This document shows positions 42,425-52,791 of a DNA stretch of 64,000 nucleotides, one piece after another. This DNA comes from an uncultured archaeon (GTDB taxonomy: Archaea > Thermoproteota > Bathyarchaeia > Bathyarchaeales > Bathycorpusculaceae): the NCBI GenBank assembly GCA_963782915.1, contig CAWALK010000019.1, forward strand, positions 32,001 to 96,000, read 5' to 3'. Position 1 is the first letter of the stretch. Each line of letters starts with the position of its first letter. The translations under genes were made by a program, and so were the position numbers. The notes beneath the pieces were generated by a model that saw only the letters and a program-made list of their open reading frames with translations, was not told the origin of the DNA and made no database searches.

Positions 42425-43723
42425 TTGACCATTTTTTTCGAGAGGATTTCAGGTAAGCTTAAGACTGCCCTATCTGGAATACCAAAAGACGCCAGAGATG
42501 AGTATAGGCAATTCTTTTTCCGCTCCGATATCACTCAAGCAAGAATCGTTATTTTTTTACTTGCTGTTGCTGTTGCGCTTTTTGGTATTAGCGATTACCC
42601 TTTTTTAGGATTATCCCTTGAATTTTTTGTACTTGAAAATCTTAAGGTTAAGCCTTGTGGTTTACTCTTTTTTTCAGGTAATTTGGTTAAATCATTCGCG
42701 TAATTACCGCTTATATGATAGGTCCATTTTCTTTTACTTGCTCGTCTTTATCCTGTTTAGTTTACTTGTAGCCGCTACTCGCCCTGAAGGTTTTGTGGTA
42801 CAATCAATCATTGTTGGAATAAGCATATTCGTATTTTATCTTTCGATACCAACACGGTTCCTAAATCAAGCAATACTATCAACCATCTACACTGTAGGCG
42901 AAATAGTGCTACTGCTATTAACAGTGCAACAGTCTGCAGCAATGGATGTTTCAGTTGTTCTTTCTGTTTTGTTATTCGCTAACGTGATTGCAGCATTTAC
43001 TTCTTGGCAATTCAATAATTATCGGTGGCTGTTTTTCAAGGACCTCAAAGAACGCAAGAAAAGCGAACGCTTTGTCGTTATCGGTCAAACCGCGGGGATG
43101 GTTGGGCATGATATCCGTAATCCCCTGCAGGCTATTACGAGTGATTTGTATCTTGATTGAGGAAGAATTGAAGAATAATCCCCAGTGTACAAGTGAAGAT
43201 ATAGCTGAAAGCATTAACTCGATCAACGAGAACATTGCTTATATTAACAAGATAGTTAGTGATTTGCAGGATTACACAAGAACGCTCACATTAAATCCGA
43301 CTGATGTTAACTTAGGGCGCTTTTTTCAGATGCAACTAGCGATTGTACCACCTACGATAGATATCCAATTGAATACTCCATGAGGACTTAACGATAAGAA
43401 CAGACGCCACTTATCTCAAGCGGATAATGACTAATCTTGTTATTAATGCAGTGCAGGCGATGCCAAATGGCGGAAAAATCACTATATCCGCGGTTGTGGA
43501 GGCGGGCAGGGTACTGATCAGCGTAGCCGATACGGGTGTAGGTATTCCTGAAGAGATCAAACCTAACCTGTTTAAGCCGATGTTTACTACTAAAGCGAAG
43601 GGTCAGGGGCTTGGTTTAGCGGTTGTTAAACGGTTGGTGGAAGCCCTGAACGGTTCTATCTCTTTTGAGAGTGAAGTTGGAAAAGGCTCAAAATTTACTG
43701 TTTCACTACCCCTTACGAGCTAG
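42425..43723 (+). CDS. Membrane sensor histidine kinase (three frameshifts)
   Basis: Four ORFs join: TM bundle, GHDIRNPL, NAVQAM, DTGVG, GQGLGL. Confidence 0.85.
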
Positions 43724-43733
43724 CCAATTTTGG

Positions 43734-44002
43734 TTTATATAAGGGGAAGGGGGTAGCTGGCAGAGCAACAGAGAAGCCCTTTTTATTCTATATATAAGGG
43801 AGGGGGTAGGTGCTCTGAGGTAGGTCCTGCCTTTTCGCCTAACCGTTTGGTCTTGGCACAACCGCCTATTAACCCTGCAAATTCGCCTGCAAACGCATAA
43901 ACCTCAACCCCAAAAACCAACAAACGCTCGATAATGCTTGCTTTTCTTCTGCATCCCTTTAGCCTATAAATAGAGGGGGGATAGGCTGCAGAGAGCAAAA
44001 GC
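43734..44002 (-). repeat. Composite intergenic element, type I (motif A cores at 43734..43771, 43788..43826, 43961..44002)
   Basis: tttatataaggggaagggggtag, ctatatataagggagggggtagg and agcctataaatagaggggggatagg; homologous to 20587..20855. Confidence 0.8.
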
Positions 44003-44079
44003 TTGTTTTGTCGGGTTTGCTTGCGTAGCTTTTTATAAGGCAAAACACCAATACATGCCAAGCAAGGTGCCAAAAAATC

Positions 44080-45126
44080 ATGCCCAAAGTCAAAGTAGCC
44101 CTAATCGGCGTGGGAAACTGCGCCTCATCATTCATCCAAGGCATCCAATATTACACAAACACAAAAGAGAGCAACGTTGGATTACGCAACCCAACACTCG
44201 CAGGCTTAACACCCAAAGATATCGAGGTGGTTGCAGCATTCGACGTTGACGCCCACAAAGTCGGCAAAGACCTCTCAGAAGCGATTTTTGCAGCCCCAAA
44301 CAATGCACCCAAAGTCTGCGACATCGCAGCAATGGGCGTCAAAGTCGCCAAAGGTCCACTGCTAGACGGAGTCGGCAACAGTACAAAAGCGCTTATCGAA
44401 GTAAGCAAAGAAGCCGACGCAAACGTCGCCCAAATCCTCATATCTTCACATGCAGAAATCGTCATTAATTTACTGCCAAGCGGCGCAGCCAATGCTACAC
44501 GGTTCTACGCGATGCAAGCCATAGCGGCTGGCTGCGGATTCATCAACGCAACACCCACCTTTGTCGCAAGTGACCCTTCAATTGCACTGCAATTCGAAGA
44601 TGCGAATTTACCCCTTGTAGGCGACGATTTAGTTGACCAAATCGGCTCAACCCAACTTCACAAAACCCTACTAAAGCTACTTAGCGACAGCGGCGTACAC
44701 ATCAACGAAACCTACCAACTCGACGTCGGCGGAGGAAACGAATCCGTAGACACACTCGACCGCACAAGAGACGCCAAACGCACAATCAAAACAGAATCAG
44801 TCGCCTCAGCACTACCATACAAAACCGAAATCGTCGCAGGCTCAACCGACTACGTAGACTTCCTACAAAACAAGCGTGACAGCTACTTCTGGATCGCTGG
44901 CTCATACTTCTGCAATACACCACTAAAAATCGACCTTAAATTCCAAACAGTCGATGCACCAAACGCAGGCTCAGTCCTCTTCGACATGGTTCGCGCAGTA
45001 AAGTTGGCGTTAACTAAAAAGCAGGGCGGTGCGATTGAAGCGATATGTGCTTATGGGTTTAAGCGTCCGCCACAGATGGTTTCGATAGAGACCGCGGAAG
45101 AAGCTTTTGCGAAATTCGTCGCTTAA
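44080..45126 (+). CDS. ino1: myo-Inositol-1-phosphate synthase
   Basis: GVGNCASS, VAAFDVD, KVGKDLSEAIF, VGDD, TYQLDVGG, DAPNAG. Confidence 0.9.
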   Translation: MPKVKVALIGVGNCASSFIQGIQYYTNTKESNVGLRNPTLAGLTPKDIEVVAAFDVDAHKVGKDLSEAIFAAPNNAPKVCDIAAMGVKVAKGPLLDGVGNSTKALIEVSKEADANVAQILISSHAEIVINLLPSGAANATRFYAMQAIAAGCGFINATPTFVASDPSIALQFEDANLPLVGDDLVDQIGSTQLHKTLLKLLSDSGVHINETYQLDVGGGNESVDTLDRTRDAKRTIKTESVASALPYKTEIVAGSTDYVDFLQNKRDSYFWIAGSYFCNTPLKIDLKFQTVDAPNAGSVLFDMVRAVKLALTKKQGGAIEAICAYGFKRPPQMVSIETAEEAFAKFVA

Positions 45127-45241
45127 TTCTTCTGTTTTCTTTTTACTTTCTTTTCGGTTTTAACACTAATTTTTGGTCAAATACCAAAATACCAAAAAAG
45201 CCAAAGAAAAGAACGCCTAAAAAATTAAGGATCTTTTTAGC

Positions 45242-46342
45242 TTAAAGCTCATCAAGCTCGGCTAATATTTTATCTCTAATCCCATTCTGCTTTAACGTCT
45301 CTTTCAAGAAGTTGATACTTCTAACAGGCGTTGGATCAACACCACGCACAACCGCCAAGTAAACACTAATGAAATCGCCTATGACCACCGTTGAAATCAT
45401 TTTGGCTAAGATGCTTTTGCCCTGCATATACAAATCAAACATGATTATGCCCGAGCGTTCCATGATTGCTTTGGTTGTGTCGATGCGGCACTCAATTGCA
45501 AGCGGCTCATTTTCCATGCGTAAGATAATAACTGAGAACCATTTACCCAATTCGCCCCTTGTTTCCCAACCCACTATTTCGTTATGGTTAAGTTCGGGGA
45601 AGTATTCCCATTTCGCAGGGGATTTGCTGTTCTCGTTAAATTGCTGCTTAAACCGCTGTGCAACCGCACGGTAAGAACCAAAACCATACACCACAGGAGC
45701 AGAATCACAGATGTTATGCGCTATATTCTTCGCACAACTTTCGTTGACTGGCTTATCGGGCCCGTTTTCAACGCAGATTTTATCAAGAAGAGTAAATGTT
45801 TCCTCTAAGTCTTCAGTTACTCCTTTAACTAAGCCTGCTTTCTCCATTAAAACAAGCATAGGCACAAACATGTAGGGTAAGGCTGCACGAGGAGGCATAC
45901 CCGCTGGCACAACTAAATATGGCACCTTATGCTTTTTAGCGTATTTTAAAACTGCGCCACCGCTGGTTACACAGAAAATCATACATTGCCGTCTAAGCGC
46001 ATCAAGGAACGATGCGAGCGATTCTTCTGTGTCCCCCGAGTAACTCATCAAGAGGACCAAAGTTTTTTTATCTGCATACTCAGGCAAAAAGTATTCCCTG
46101 TTAACCTCAATGGGCACGGACAATTTGTTCCTAACATAATCTTTGAGTAAATCTCCGCCAATGGCTGAGCCACCCATACCCACAACGATAATGTTATCCG
46201 GTTGAGGAAAATCGACTTTGATTTTTTTGGCTAATTCAGCGGCAGTACGGTAATGTTTTGGTGCATCAATACAGAAATTCAGCATCCCGTCTTTATCCAC
46301 CGAACGTATCTTTTCCATGTCATCTAAAAGAGGTTTGTTCAC
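45242..46342 (-). CDS. Bifunctional phosphoglucose/phosphomannose isomerase
   Basis: GMGGSAIGG, SYSGDTEE, PPRAA, QFNENSK, PELNHNEIVG, DPTPV. Confidence 0.93.
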   Translation of the reverse strand: MNKPLLDDMEKIRSVDKDGMLNFCIDAPKHYRTAAELAKKIKVDFPQPDNIIVVGMGGSAIGGDLLKDYVRNKLSVPIEVNREYFLPEYADKKTLVLLMSYSGDTEESLASFLDALRRQCMIFCVTSGGAVLKYAKKHKVPYLVVPAGMPPRAALPYMFVPMLVLMEKAGLVKGVTEDLEETFTLLDKICVENGPDKPVNESCAKNIAHNICDSAPVVYGFGSYRAVAQRFKQQFNENSKSPAKWEYFPELNHNEIVGWETRGELGKWFSVIILRMENEPLAIECRIDTTKAIMERSGIIMFDLYMQGKSILAKMISTVVIGDFISVYLAVVRGVDPTPVRSINFLKETLKQNGIRDKILAELDEL

Positions 46343-46435
46343 GTATTGGGTCCTCCTTATCGACCCGTATTTTTATATCTCAATCCCGCCTTTTAAGCAC
46401 ACCGCAGACGAGCAAGCATCAAGGACCGTAATAAA

Positions 46436-47288
46436 ATGAATAAGAAGCTTTCAATCGCTATTCCAGCATCCGTAATCTCGGAAACGCCCCATTTACGCGA
46501 GAAAACCTCAAAAATTGGTGCCATCGCGCGTTCAGCAGCGATTTTTCGAGTGAACGAAATCATAGTTTACCCAGACAACACAAAAATGGACCAACGCATG
46601 GACTTAGACTTCATCGCTTTGCTCCTTAACTATCTGGAGACGCCTCAGTACCTGCGCAAAGCGCTCTTCAAGTTGGAACCCGACTTGCAGTATGCCGGTA
46701 TATTGCCGCCACTACGCACGCCCCATCATCCAGTAAGCGGCAAAACTAAGCACTTGAAAGTGGGCGAATACCGCGAAGGCATAGTCGTCTCTGAACGCAA
46801 AGAGGGTTTAGTGGTGGATATCGGAGTTCAACAGCCCGCGTTGTTGAGGCAGAAACAGTTTGCTATGGGCGAACGGTTGACGCTACAAGTAGTTAACATA
46901 GGTGACAACATTGAAGTACAGCCGGTAAGCCGCGATGACGTGCCACAGTACTGGGGTTACACGGTTAGAGTTGAGAAGCGCTCCTTTGGGCAACTAATTA
47001 ACGATGCCGAATTCGATTTGAGGATTGCAACAGCACGCATAGGCGACAACTTCAAAGACGTCGCAGGCAGCATGGGCAAACGCTGGGTTGAAAGCAGCCA
47101 CATCTTGGTTGCGTTTGGTGCACCTTCACGTGGACTCCACGAAATCGTTGAAGACGAACGTCGTAAAATTGGCTGATTTGGCGGATTTCATCGTAAACAC
47201 TGTTCCAAATCAAGGCACTGCCACTGTCCGCGCGGAAGAAGCGCTTTTGGCTACGTTAGCTGTTTTCAACGTGCATTTCCAATATTAA
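46436..47288 (+). CDS. SPOUT RNA methyltransferase (COG2106/DUF171; frameshift near 47165)
   Basis: YLETPQYLRK, LQYAGILPPLRTPHH, NTVPNQGTATVRAEEA. Confidence 0.9.
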
Positions 47289-47332
47289 CCATCCTTCCCG
47301 CCGTTTCTTGGGGCATTTTGGTAAAGGCATAA

Positions 47333-48529
47333 ATGCATCTTTCCGTTAACTTTGAGACTATGCCAGCTCTAGACTTAGCCATGCCAATTGCACTTCTAAT
47401 TACAATCGTTATTGCCATGTTCCTAAACAAGCGCGTGGAAGGCAAATTGATGGCGACGGTCGAGGAGAAAGAATTCAAAACACGCGACATTCTCTTGCTC
47501 GTTGTCTTCATCGCTGTAATGATTTCAGTTATCGCTTACACGTCAATAATTAATCCAGGCGGTATAACCCAGAATATTCTGCTGGTACTATTCCTCTCAT
47601 CATACACTATGTTGCTCTTCACATTCAGCTATGTATTCTCGAATTTGAGTAAAGTTCGCGCGCAATTGCTCTCTGTCGGCTTCGGCACCGTTGGCTTAGT
47701 TGCCGGATTAGCCAGTTTCCTTGCGCCACTCACAGATTCCTACACAATTTATCGGGCGGCAGCATTCTTTATCGTGTCAGCATTCTGTTTTGGCGCAGCC
47801 GTTTATGAACAGAAAAAAGCTGCAGCGCCAGTTAAAAAGGGCAGATGGTACCTTGCGGTTCAGCCAGCAGCAATTTTCATCTTGCTCTTCATATTCTTCA
47901 ACTTCCTCTATGGCGGAAGCGTGGAAATCTGGCAACCGTACCTTATGGATGTCTTCGGTTTCACGTTTGCCATACTAATCATTCTCTATCTATCTTCGAT
48001 GTTTACTTGGAAAACTGTAGGCCTCTTTGCAGCGCTCTTAACGATTCTGGATATTATCCTTGTTATCGGTACTGGTACCATGGTTACTGCAGCTCACCAA
48101 TTTACCGGACTTGGTTTGCCTGTACTGGTTTACTTACCAAACGTACCATTCCTATACTCAGCAGAGGGCACTATGCTAAACAGAGGTCTTGGTTTAGGAG
48201 ACTTCTTCTTTGCAGGCATACTCTTGATTCAAACTTACAAGAAATTCGGCCAAAAAACCGCATTAATCTCTGCGGTTGCAATGGCAGTTGCGTTTGGCAT
48301 CTGGGAAGCATTCTTGGGTGACATCTTGGCGGCGCTTGAACCCATTGTCGGCAGAAACATCGGCGGATTCCCGGGAACTTTGATGATTATCAGCGGCTGG
48401 ATACCTGTCGTAGTGATTAAACTGTTATTGGACAGAAAGAACAAACCCCAGCACCACCAATCCAGACCTCGCCTGAGGTTCCTGAGAATCCAAGTTTGCC
48501 CGTACAGTAATCTACATTTTTTTGAATAA
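47333..48529 (+). CDS. GxGD intramembrane aspartyl protease (presenilin/SPP family)
   Basis: Multi-TM; TILDIILV and GLGLGDF catalytic aspartates; FPG at the PAL-motif position. Confidence 0.8.
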   Translation: MHLSVNFETMPALDLAMPIALLITIVIAMFLNKRVEGKLMATVEEKEFKTRDILLLVVFIAVMISVIAYTSIINPGGITQNILLVLFLSSYTMLLFTFSYVFSNLSKVRAQLLSVGFGTVGLVAGLASFLAPLTDSYTIYRAAAFFIVSAFCFGAAVYEQKKAAAPVKKGRWYLAVQPAAIFILLFIFFNFLYGGSVEIWQPYLMDVFGFTFAILIILYLSSMFTWKTVGLFAALLTILDIILVIGTGTMVTAAHQFTGLGLPVLVYLPNVPFLYSAEGTMLNRGLGLGDFFFAGILLIQTYKKFGQKTALISAVAMAVAFGIWEAFLGDILAALEPIVGRNIGGFPGTLMIISGWIPVVVIKLLLDRKNKPQHHQSRPRLRFLRIQVCPYSNLHFFE

Positions 48530-48570
48530 CCAGTTACTTTTTTTTTCAAGTAATCGGCTGTTTTTGTTTA

Positions 48571-48856
48571 GTTCTTGTTGCCTAAAAGCCCCTATACACA
48601 ACAACATCCAGCGGACTTGTGTGCAGCGGCTGTTTTGATGTTGGCCGGTTTTGCTGGTTGCAGGCTGATTGTGCAATAAACCGCAAGCAGATCAAAGAAA
48701 GGCTGAGATCTTTTGCTCTCAGTGACCTGCCCCTCCCTTATTTATAGGCTCAACAACTGCCTAGCGGGGTGCTTGGGGATTGTATGGGTGCACTCTTTCA
48801 GTTCGGGCGGTTATGGGGTTGTTGGGTTCGGAGGTATTTTTGTTTGCAGTTGTTTT
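48571..48856 (+). repeat. Composite intergenic element, type II (motif B, motif A core at 48710..48761 and a GT-rich tail)
   Basis: Collinear with 55641..55922 over about 280 bp (caggctg.ttgtg.aataa.ccgcaag, core, ggattgtatg.gtgca, ttttgtttgcagttgtttt). Confidence 0.88.
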
Positions 48857-48981
48857 CAACTATAAGTAAACTTGAGGTGCTTAAACCAAACAACAATCCA
48901 TCGACAAATAGCGTCTTCGCTAAGTATTTAATTAAAGTTAAAAGATTTGGGAAAAATTGGTTAAAAATAATTGAGGCTTAT

Positions 48982-49297
48982 TTACCCGAATAGGGCGCCT
49001 AATCCTTCTAGTGCTGCTTCTTCCTTGGCTTTTTCTTCTTCTGCTTTCTTCTTCTTGTCTTCTGGAGCTGCTGCTGGATTTAGTTTCTGCTGCGGCTGCG
49101 ACTGGGGCTGCTGCCATCATGGTTGGTGCTGCTTTGATTGCTTCCTCAATGTTAACTTCACTGAGTGATGCAACTAGAGCTTTAACTTGGATTTCGTCAA
49201 CTTTAATGCCTGCTGCTTCGAGAACTTTAGTTACTGATGCTTCGTTGATTTCTTTACCTGCCTTGTGAAGGAGCATTGCTGCGTAAATGTTTTCCAT
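48982..49297 (-). CDS. rpl12: 50S ribosomal stalk protein P1 (aL12); frameshift near 49079
   Basis: [19 protein letters not shown]...; restored C-terminus [16 protein letters not shown] ends at 48982. Confidence 0.95.
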
Positions 49298-49566
49298 ACC
49301 TTTTCACCTCTTCATCGGACTATTTTAACCTTTTTAGTAGACCCGCATCCCTTGGACGCTGATCGTTACCTGAATTGGCATTTGATAGTGCCGATTTCTT
49401 GCCGTTTAGAAGAATACTATATGCCTTATGAACCTTTCGTCAATGTAGGACTGAAGTGCCAATCGTTTGCTTTACATGGCGCATCCAAATAAAAAACCGC
49501 GCCAGATTGGTAAGGCTTATCTTTAGGCGAAGCCCACAATGCGGATAACTCACAGGTTATGATAAT

Positions 49567-50526
49567 ATGGGAAACATCACTGTCGCCGTTTTAGGCGCGC
49601 TCGGATACGCTGGAGGAATCGGCAAAAAAGGCACCTCCACAGACATAACTCTCTATGACCTCAAAAAAGGCGAAGCCACAATAACCATGATTGAACCCTC
49701 ACGCTACCCCGAACGGCTCGCACCACTATTCTATGCATGCGCATTAGCCACCAAAGCCATTGTTGTTGTTGATGCATTAAACGCCGAGTTTGGCGAGCAA
49801 CTGGTCATGCTGCAATGTAGCGGTATTAAAAGTGGCTATTTTGTGCTCCGAAATTACATTCCTAAAGAGAAAATCGAGCCTCTCATAAAAGGTACCAGCA
49901 TTGAAGGCTTCGAATTTATGAATGATGATGCCACAGTGTTGCGAGAGAAACTTCTCGCCGAAGCTGCTCAAATAAAACCCGTCGAAGGGGAAGCGGTTGG
50001 AACAGTACCAGTTGACCACGCTTTCAACGTAAAAGGTGTCGGTGTAGTTATTCTTGGCATAGTTGTTAACGGGTCAGTAGTGAAACATGCAAAACTCAAG
50101 GCGTTGCCCAGCTCCAAAGTTGCTGAAGTACGTTCTATCCAAAAGCACGATGACGAATTCGAAACCGCAAGCTATGGTGACCGCGTAGGATTCGCTCTTA
50201 AAAACGTCGAAGTGGAAGATGTTGACCGCGGTGTAGTTTTAACCAACGACCCAGCCGTTAAAACCGCAAATAAACTGCAAACTACTGCGTCGCTGGTGAA
50301 GTATTGGCAGACTCCCCTTAAGGAGGGTATGGTAATGCATGTTGGTCATTGGGCTCAATTCATCACCGCCAAAGTCGAAGCTGCATCTGAGGGCGGAGAC
50401 TTCAGAAAACCAAGCCTCACATTGGCGTTGGATAAGCCGTTGGTTTATCGTGCGGGCGATAAGGCAGTGTTGATGTATTTGGAAGGCGCTAAGTTGCGCG
50501 TTGCAGGAACAATCGAGCTGCCATAG
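49567..50526 (+). CDS. SelB-like translation factor with degenerate G domain (aSelBL/SelB-II type)
   Basis: IGKKGTSTDIT, VDHAFNVKGVGVVILG, VRSIQKHD, GDRVGFALK; no P-loop GKT. Confidence 0.85.
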   Translation: MGNITVAVLGALGYAGGIGKKGTSTDITLYDLKKGEATITMIEPSRYPERLAPLFYACALATKAIVVVDALNAEFGEQLVMLQCSGIKSGYFVLRNYIPKEKIEPLIKGTSIEGFEFMNDDATVLREKLLAEAAQIKPVEGEAVGTVPVDHAFNVKGVGVVILGIVVNGSVVKHAKLKALPSSKVAEVRSIQKHDDEFETASYGDRVGFALKNVEVEDVDRGVVLTNDPAVKTANKLQTTASLVKYWQTPLKEGMVMHVGHWAQFITAKVEAASEGGDFRKPSLTLALDKPLVYRAGDKAVLMYLEGAKLRVAGTIELP

Positions 50527-50730
50527 AGCAACATCTTTTTCATTTTCATTTGGTATTTTCGCCTGAATTACCGATTAAACCTAAACAAGGGTTTATTACA
50601 ATTCAATGCAAAGGCTGGGCTCCAGTGAAATAACCCGAAAGCCAAAAAAGACTCCAGCTTACACGCCATAAACCCACAATCGACGGCTAAGTTAAGGTTT
50701 GTTGGAGGCTTCGAGGGCAAGCTGTCTTAT

Positions 50731-51177
50731 TTGATTGCCTTCGCGGTTGTATATGGAGTAGTTTTCATCAACTACATCGACATAGCCTCTTCGGGAGCAA
50801 CAAGCGGCTACCACATGTGGCTAATCTTCATGTATTTCTTACCATTTGCGGGCTTATCGATCCTTAACCTAAAAAATTGGCCGCTCACCCTCGGATTAGG
50901 CTTAACCGCCTCACTAATGAACGACGTATTCTATGGCGGCATCAAGTACCTGTTTGGCATGCCCCTTAACATCAACTGGTACTATAGTAATTGGTTGATT
51001 CCACAAAATACCCATTTGTTTGATTTGAATTTAGGCTTCACTATAATGCCAGTTTACTCGTGGATGATGGCACTCTCAATTTACCTTCGAATCGCTATTA
51101 TAGCGGTTTTGCTGTGGCACTGGAAACGTACCCGAGAGCAAATAGACAAACGTCCGATTATAGGCATTTTTAAGTAG
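50731..51177 (+). CDS. Hypothetical membrane protein
   Basis: 3-4 TM helices; SLMNDVFY motif. Confidence 0.65.
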   Translation: MIAFAVVYGVVFINYIDIASSGATSGYHMWLIFMYFLPFAGLSILNLKNWPLTLGLGLTASLMNDVFYGGIKYLFGMPLNINWYYSNWLIPQNTHLFDLNLGFTIMPVYSWMMALSIYLRIAIIAVLLWHWKRTREQIDKRPIIGIFK

Positions 51178-51270
51178 TGTAGGCGACCCCCTGTAGCATC
51201 GCTATTTATAATTGATTCAAAATAGTTTTCACAGGTAGTTTTTGAAACAAACAATAAAGAGATTTTTTGT

Positions 51271-51813
51271 ATGTCTACAACTAAACCTTCAGGAGCCTAC
51301 AGAGCATTAGAAATTATTCTGGGATTGATTGCGTTAGCGATTGGTGTTTTAGCACTTGTTTTTCCTACGGCTGTCGTTGTAACTTTAGTAGTGTTTTTTG
51401 GCATTGCACTGGTCATTATCGGTATTTTGCGGTTGGCGACTGCGGCATCTTCTAATTGGGCGGGTTCAACTCGTACAGCAAATGCAGTAATTGGCCTTAT
51501 AGCATTGATTATTGGGCTTGTAATTCTGTTTGTTCCATTCTTTGCCACTGATGTACTAGTGATTCTCATCGGGATCGGTTTACTAGTTTATGGCATAGGA
51601 CGAATCGCAGTCGGCGGCGCAGATCGCCATTTAAGCGGCGGATTACGAGGAATCCTCATAATAGTCGGTCTTCTCATCGTTGCCTTTGCTTTAATCATCA
51701 TATTCTTCCCAGTAATCGGCATCTACACCTACGCCTTCTTCGTCTCCATAGCATTCATCTTGATCGGCATCGAAGCCATAGCCTCAGGCATCGTCGGAAC
51801 AACACTCACCTAA
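51271..51813 (+). CDS. HdeD/DUF308 family membrane protein
   Basis: Repeated Gly-rich hairpin TM units. Confidence 0.82.
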   Translation: MSTTKPSGAYRALEIILGLIALAIGVLALVFPTAVVVTLVVFFGIALVIIGILRLATAASSNWAGSTRTANAVIGLIALIIGLVILFVPFFATDVLVILIGIGLLVYGIGRIAVGGADRHLSGGLRGILIIVGLLIVAFALIIIFFPVIGIYTYAFFVSIAFILIGIEAIASGIVGTTLT

Positions 51814-51820
51814 TTCTCAA

Positions 51821-52468
51821 TCATGCCCATGCAAGATATGATCCAACAAGAAACAAAACACTAACAAAGCCCATAATGACGCCAAGTAACCAACGGTTTT
51901 TCCCAGCGACTTTTCCCAACTGAACACCATACCAAAATACCCAAGCAACCCCCAGAGTATTCGAAACAACCCATGCTACAATCTTATCAGGCAAGACTAG
52001 AAAAGGTAGCGCAAGTACGAAGCCAACAACCGCATAGATTCCTATGATGGATAACCAACCCATCAACTCCTTTTTTGTTAAAACTTGGTTTTTATCCACA
52101 GATGCGTCTGGAACGTGTACCATAATATCTCTAGCTATGGCGTCTTTACCTTTCTCATCAAAATTCGCCAAAAAAGTATCATCCAAATTATCCTTAACTA
52201 GCTGCAAAGTATTTTCACCCTTGAGGGATGCTTTCAATCCTATGAGCTTGTTTCTTAGGTTATTGCGTTCTAAGGAGCTAGAGATTGCATAGATTAAACC
52301 GTCGATGGTGCCCCATGCAAGGCATGCACCCAAATTAACGACTATAATATACTCAAAGCCTGTGTTGAGGTTGGATAATGCAACGTAGCCGTTGATGATT
52401 ATAACCATGAGAACTGCGAAGGCGACTTCACCGACTCGGTCCACAAAAGAAAGATATTTTGTGCGCAA
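51821..52468 (-). CDS. VIT1/CCC1-like membrane protein
   Basis: DRVGEVAFAVLM, GACLAWGTIDG, ALPFL. Confidence 0.65.
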   Translation of the reverse strand: MRTKYLSFVDRVGEVAFAVLMVIIINGYVALSNLNTGFEYIIVVNLGACLAWGTIDGLIYAISSSLERNNLRNKLIGLKASLKGENTLQLVKDNLDDTFLANFDEKGKDAIARDIMVHVPDASVDKNQVLTKKELMGWLSIIGIYAVVGFVLALPFLVLPDKIVAWVVSNTLGVAWVFWYGVQLGKVAGKNRWLLGVIMGFVSVLFLVGSYLAWA

Positions 52469-52571
52469 AAAATCACCACTAAACCTCTGTGGTGAAGCTG
52501 CAAATAACAGTTATGGAAAAAACGAAAAATAAAATTCAGTTTGTTTTCGCGTAAGCGATTATTATTTTGTG

Positions 52572-52727
52572 TTACACTCTGCTTTTGCTTCTAGCTTGCA
52601 CAAATCTGTATCGAGGGCACTCAACGCAGCCTTCATCTGTGCAATATAGAGCGATTTTTTCAGGGGGTTTAGCGGAGTTTTGGGTTGCACGACAGATTCT
52701 TTTTCTTGTTAGATATTTGCATGCCAT
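52572..52727 (-). CDS. 51-aa Cys-rich microprotein (absent from ORF track)
   Basis: MACKYLTRKRICRATQNSAKPPEKIALYCTDEGCVECPRYRFVQARSKSRV; AGGTG SD upstream. Confidence 0.65.
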   Translation of the reverse strand: MACKYLTRKRICRATQNSAKPPEKIALYCTDEGCVECPRYRFVQARSKSRV

Positions 52728-52791
52728 AATTGACACCTAATATTTTTAACAAGTTCTAAAAAAATGAAAAAGGGGTGAGTGTTGTTTCACT

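Noticed and set aside
43150-43390. TGA/TAG at gene breaks (also 1891..1893) as selenocysteine or pyrrolysine readthrough
   Set aside because: Homology continues in a different frame, so these are indels rather than in-frame recoded stops.
48769-48993. ORFs 48769..48993 and 55835..56026 as a paralogous small-protein family
   Set aside because: Their similarity lies inside the type II repeat and stops at its edge; odd composition and no SD.
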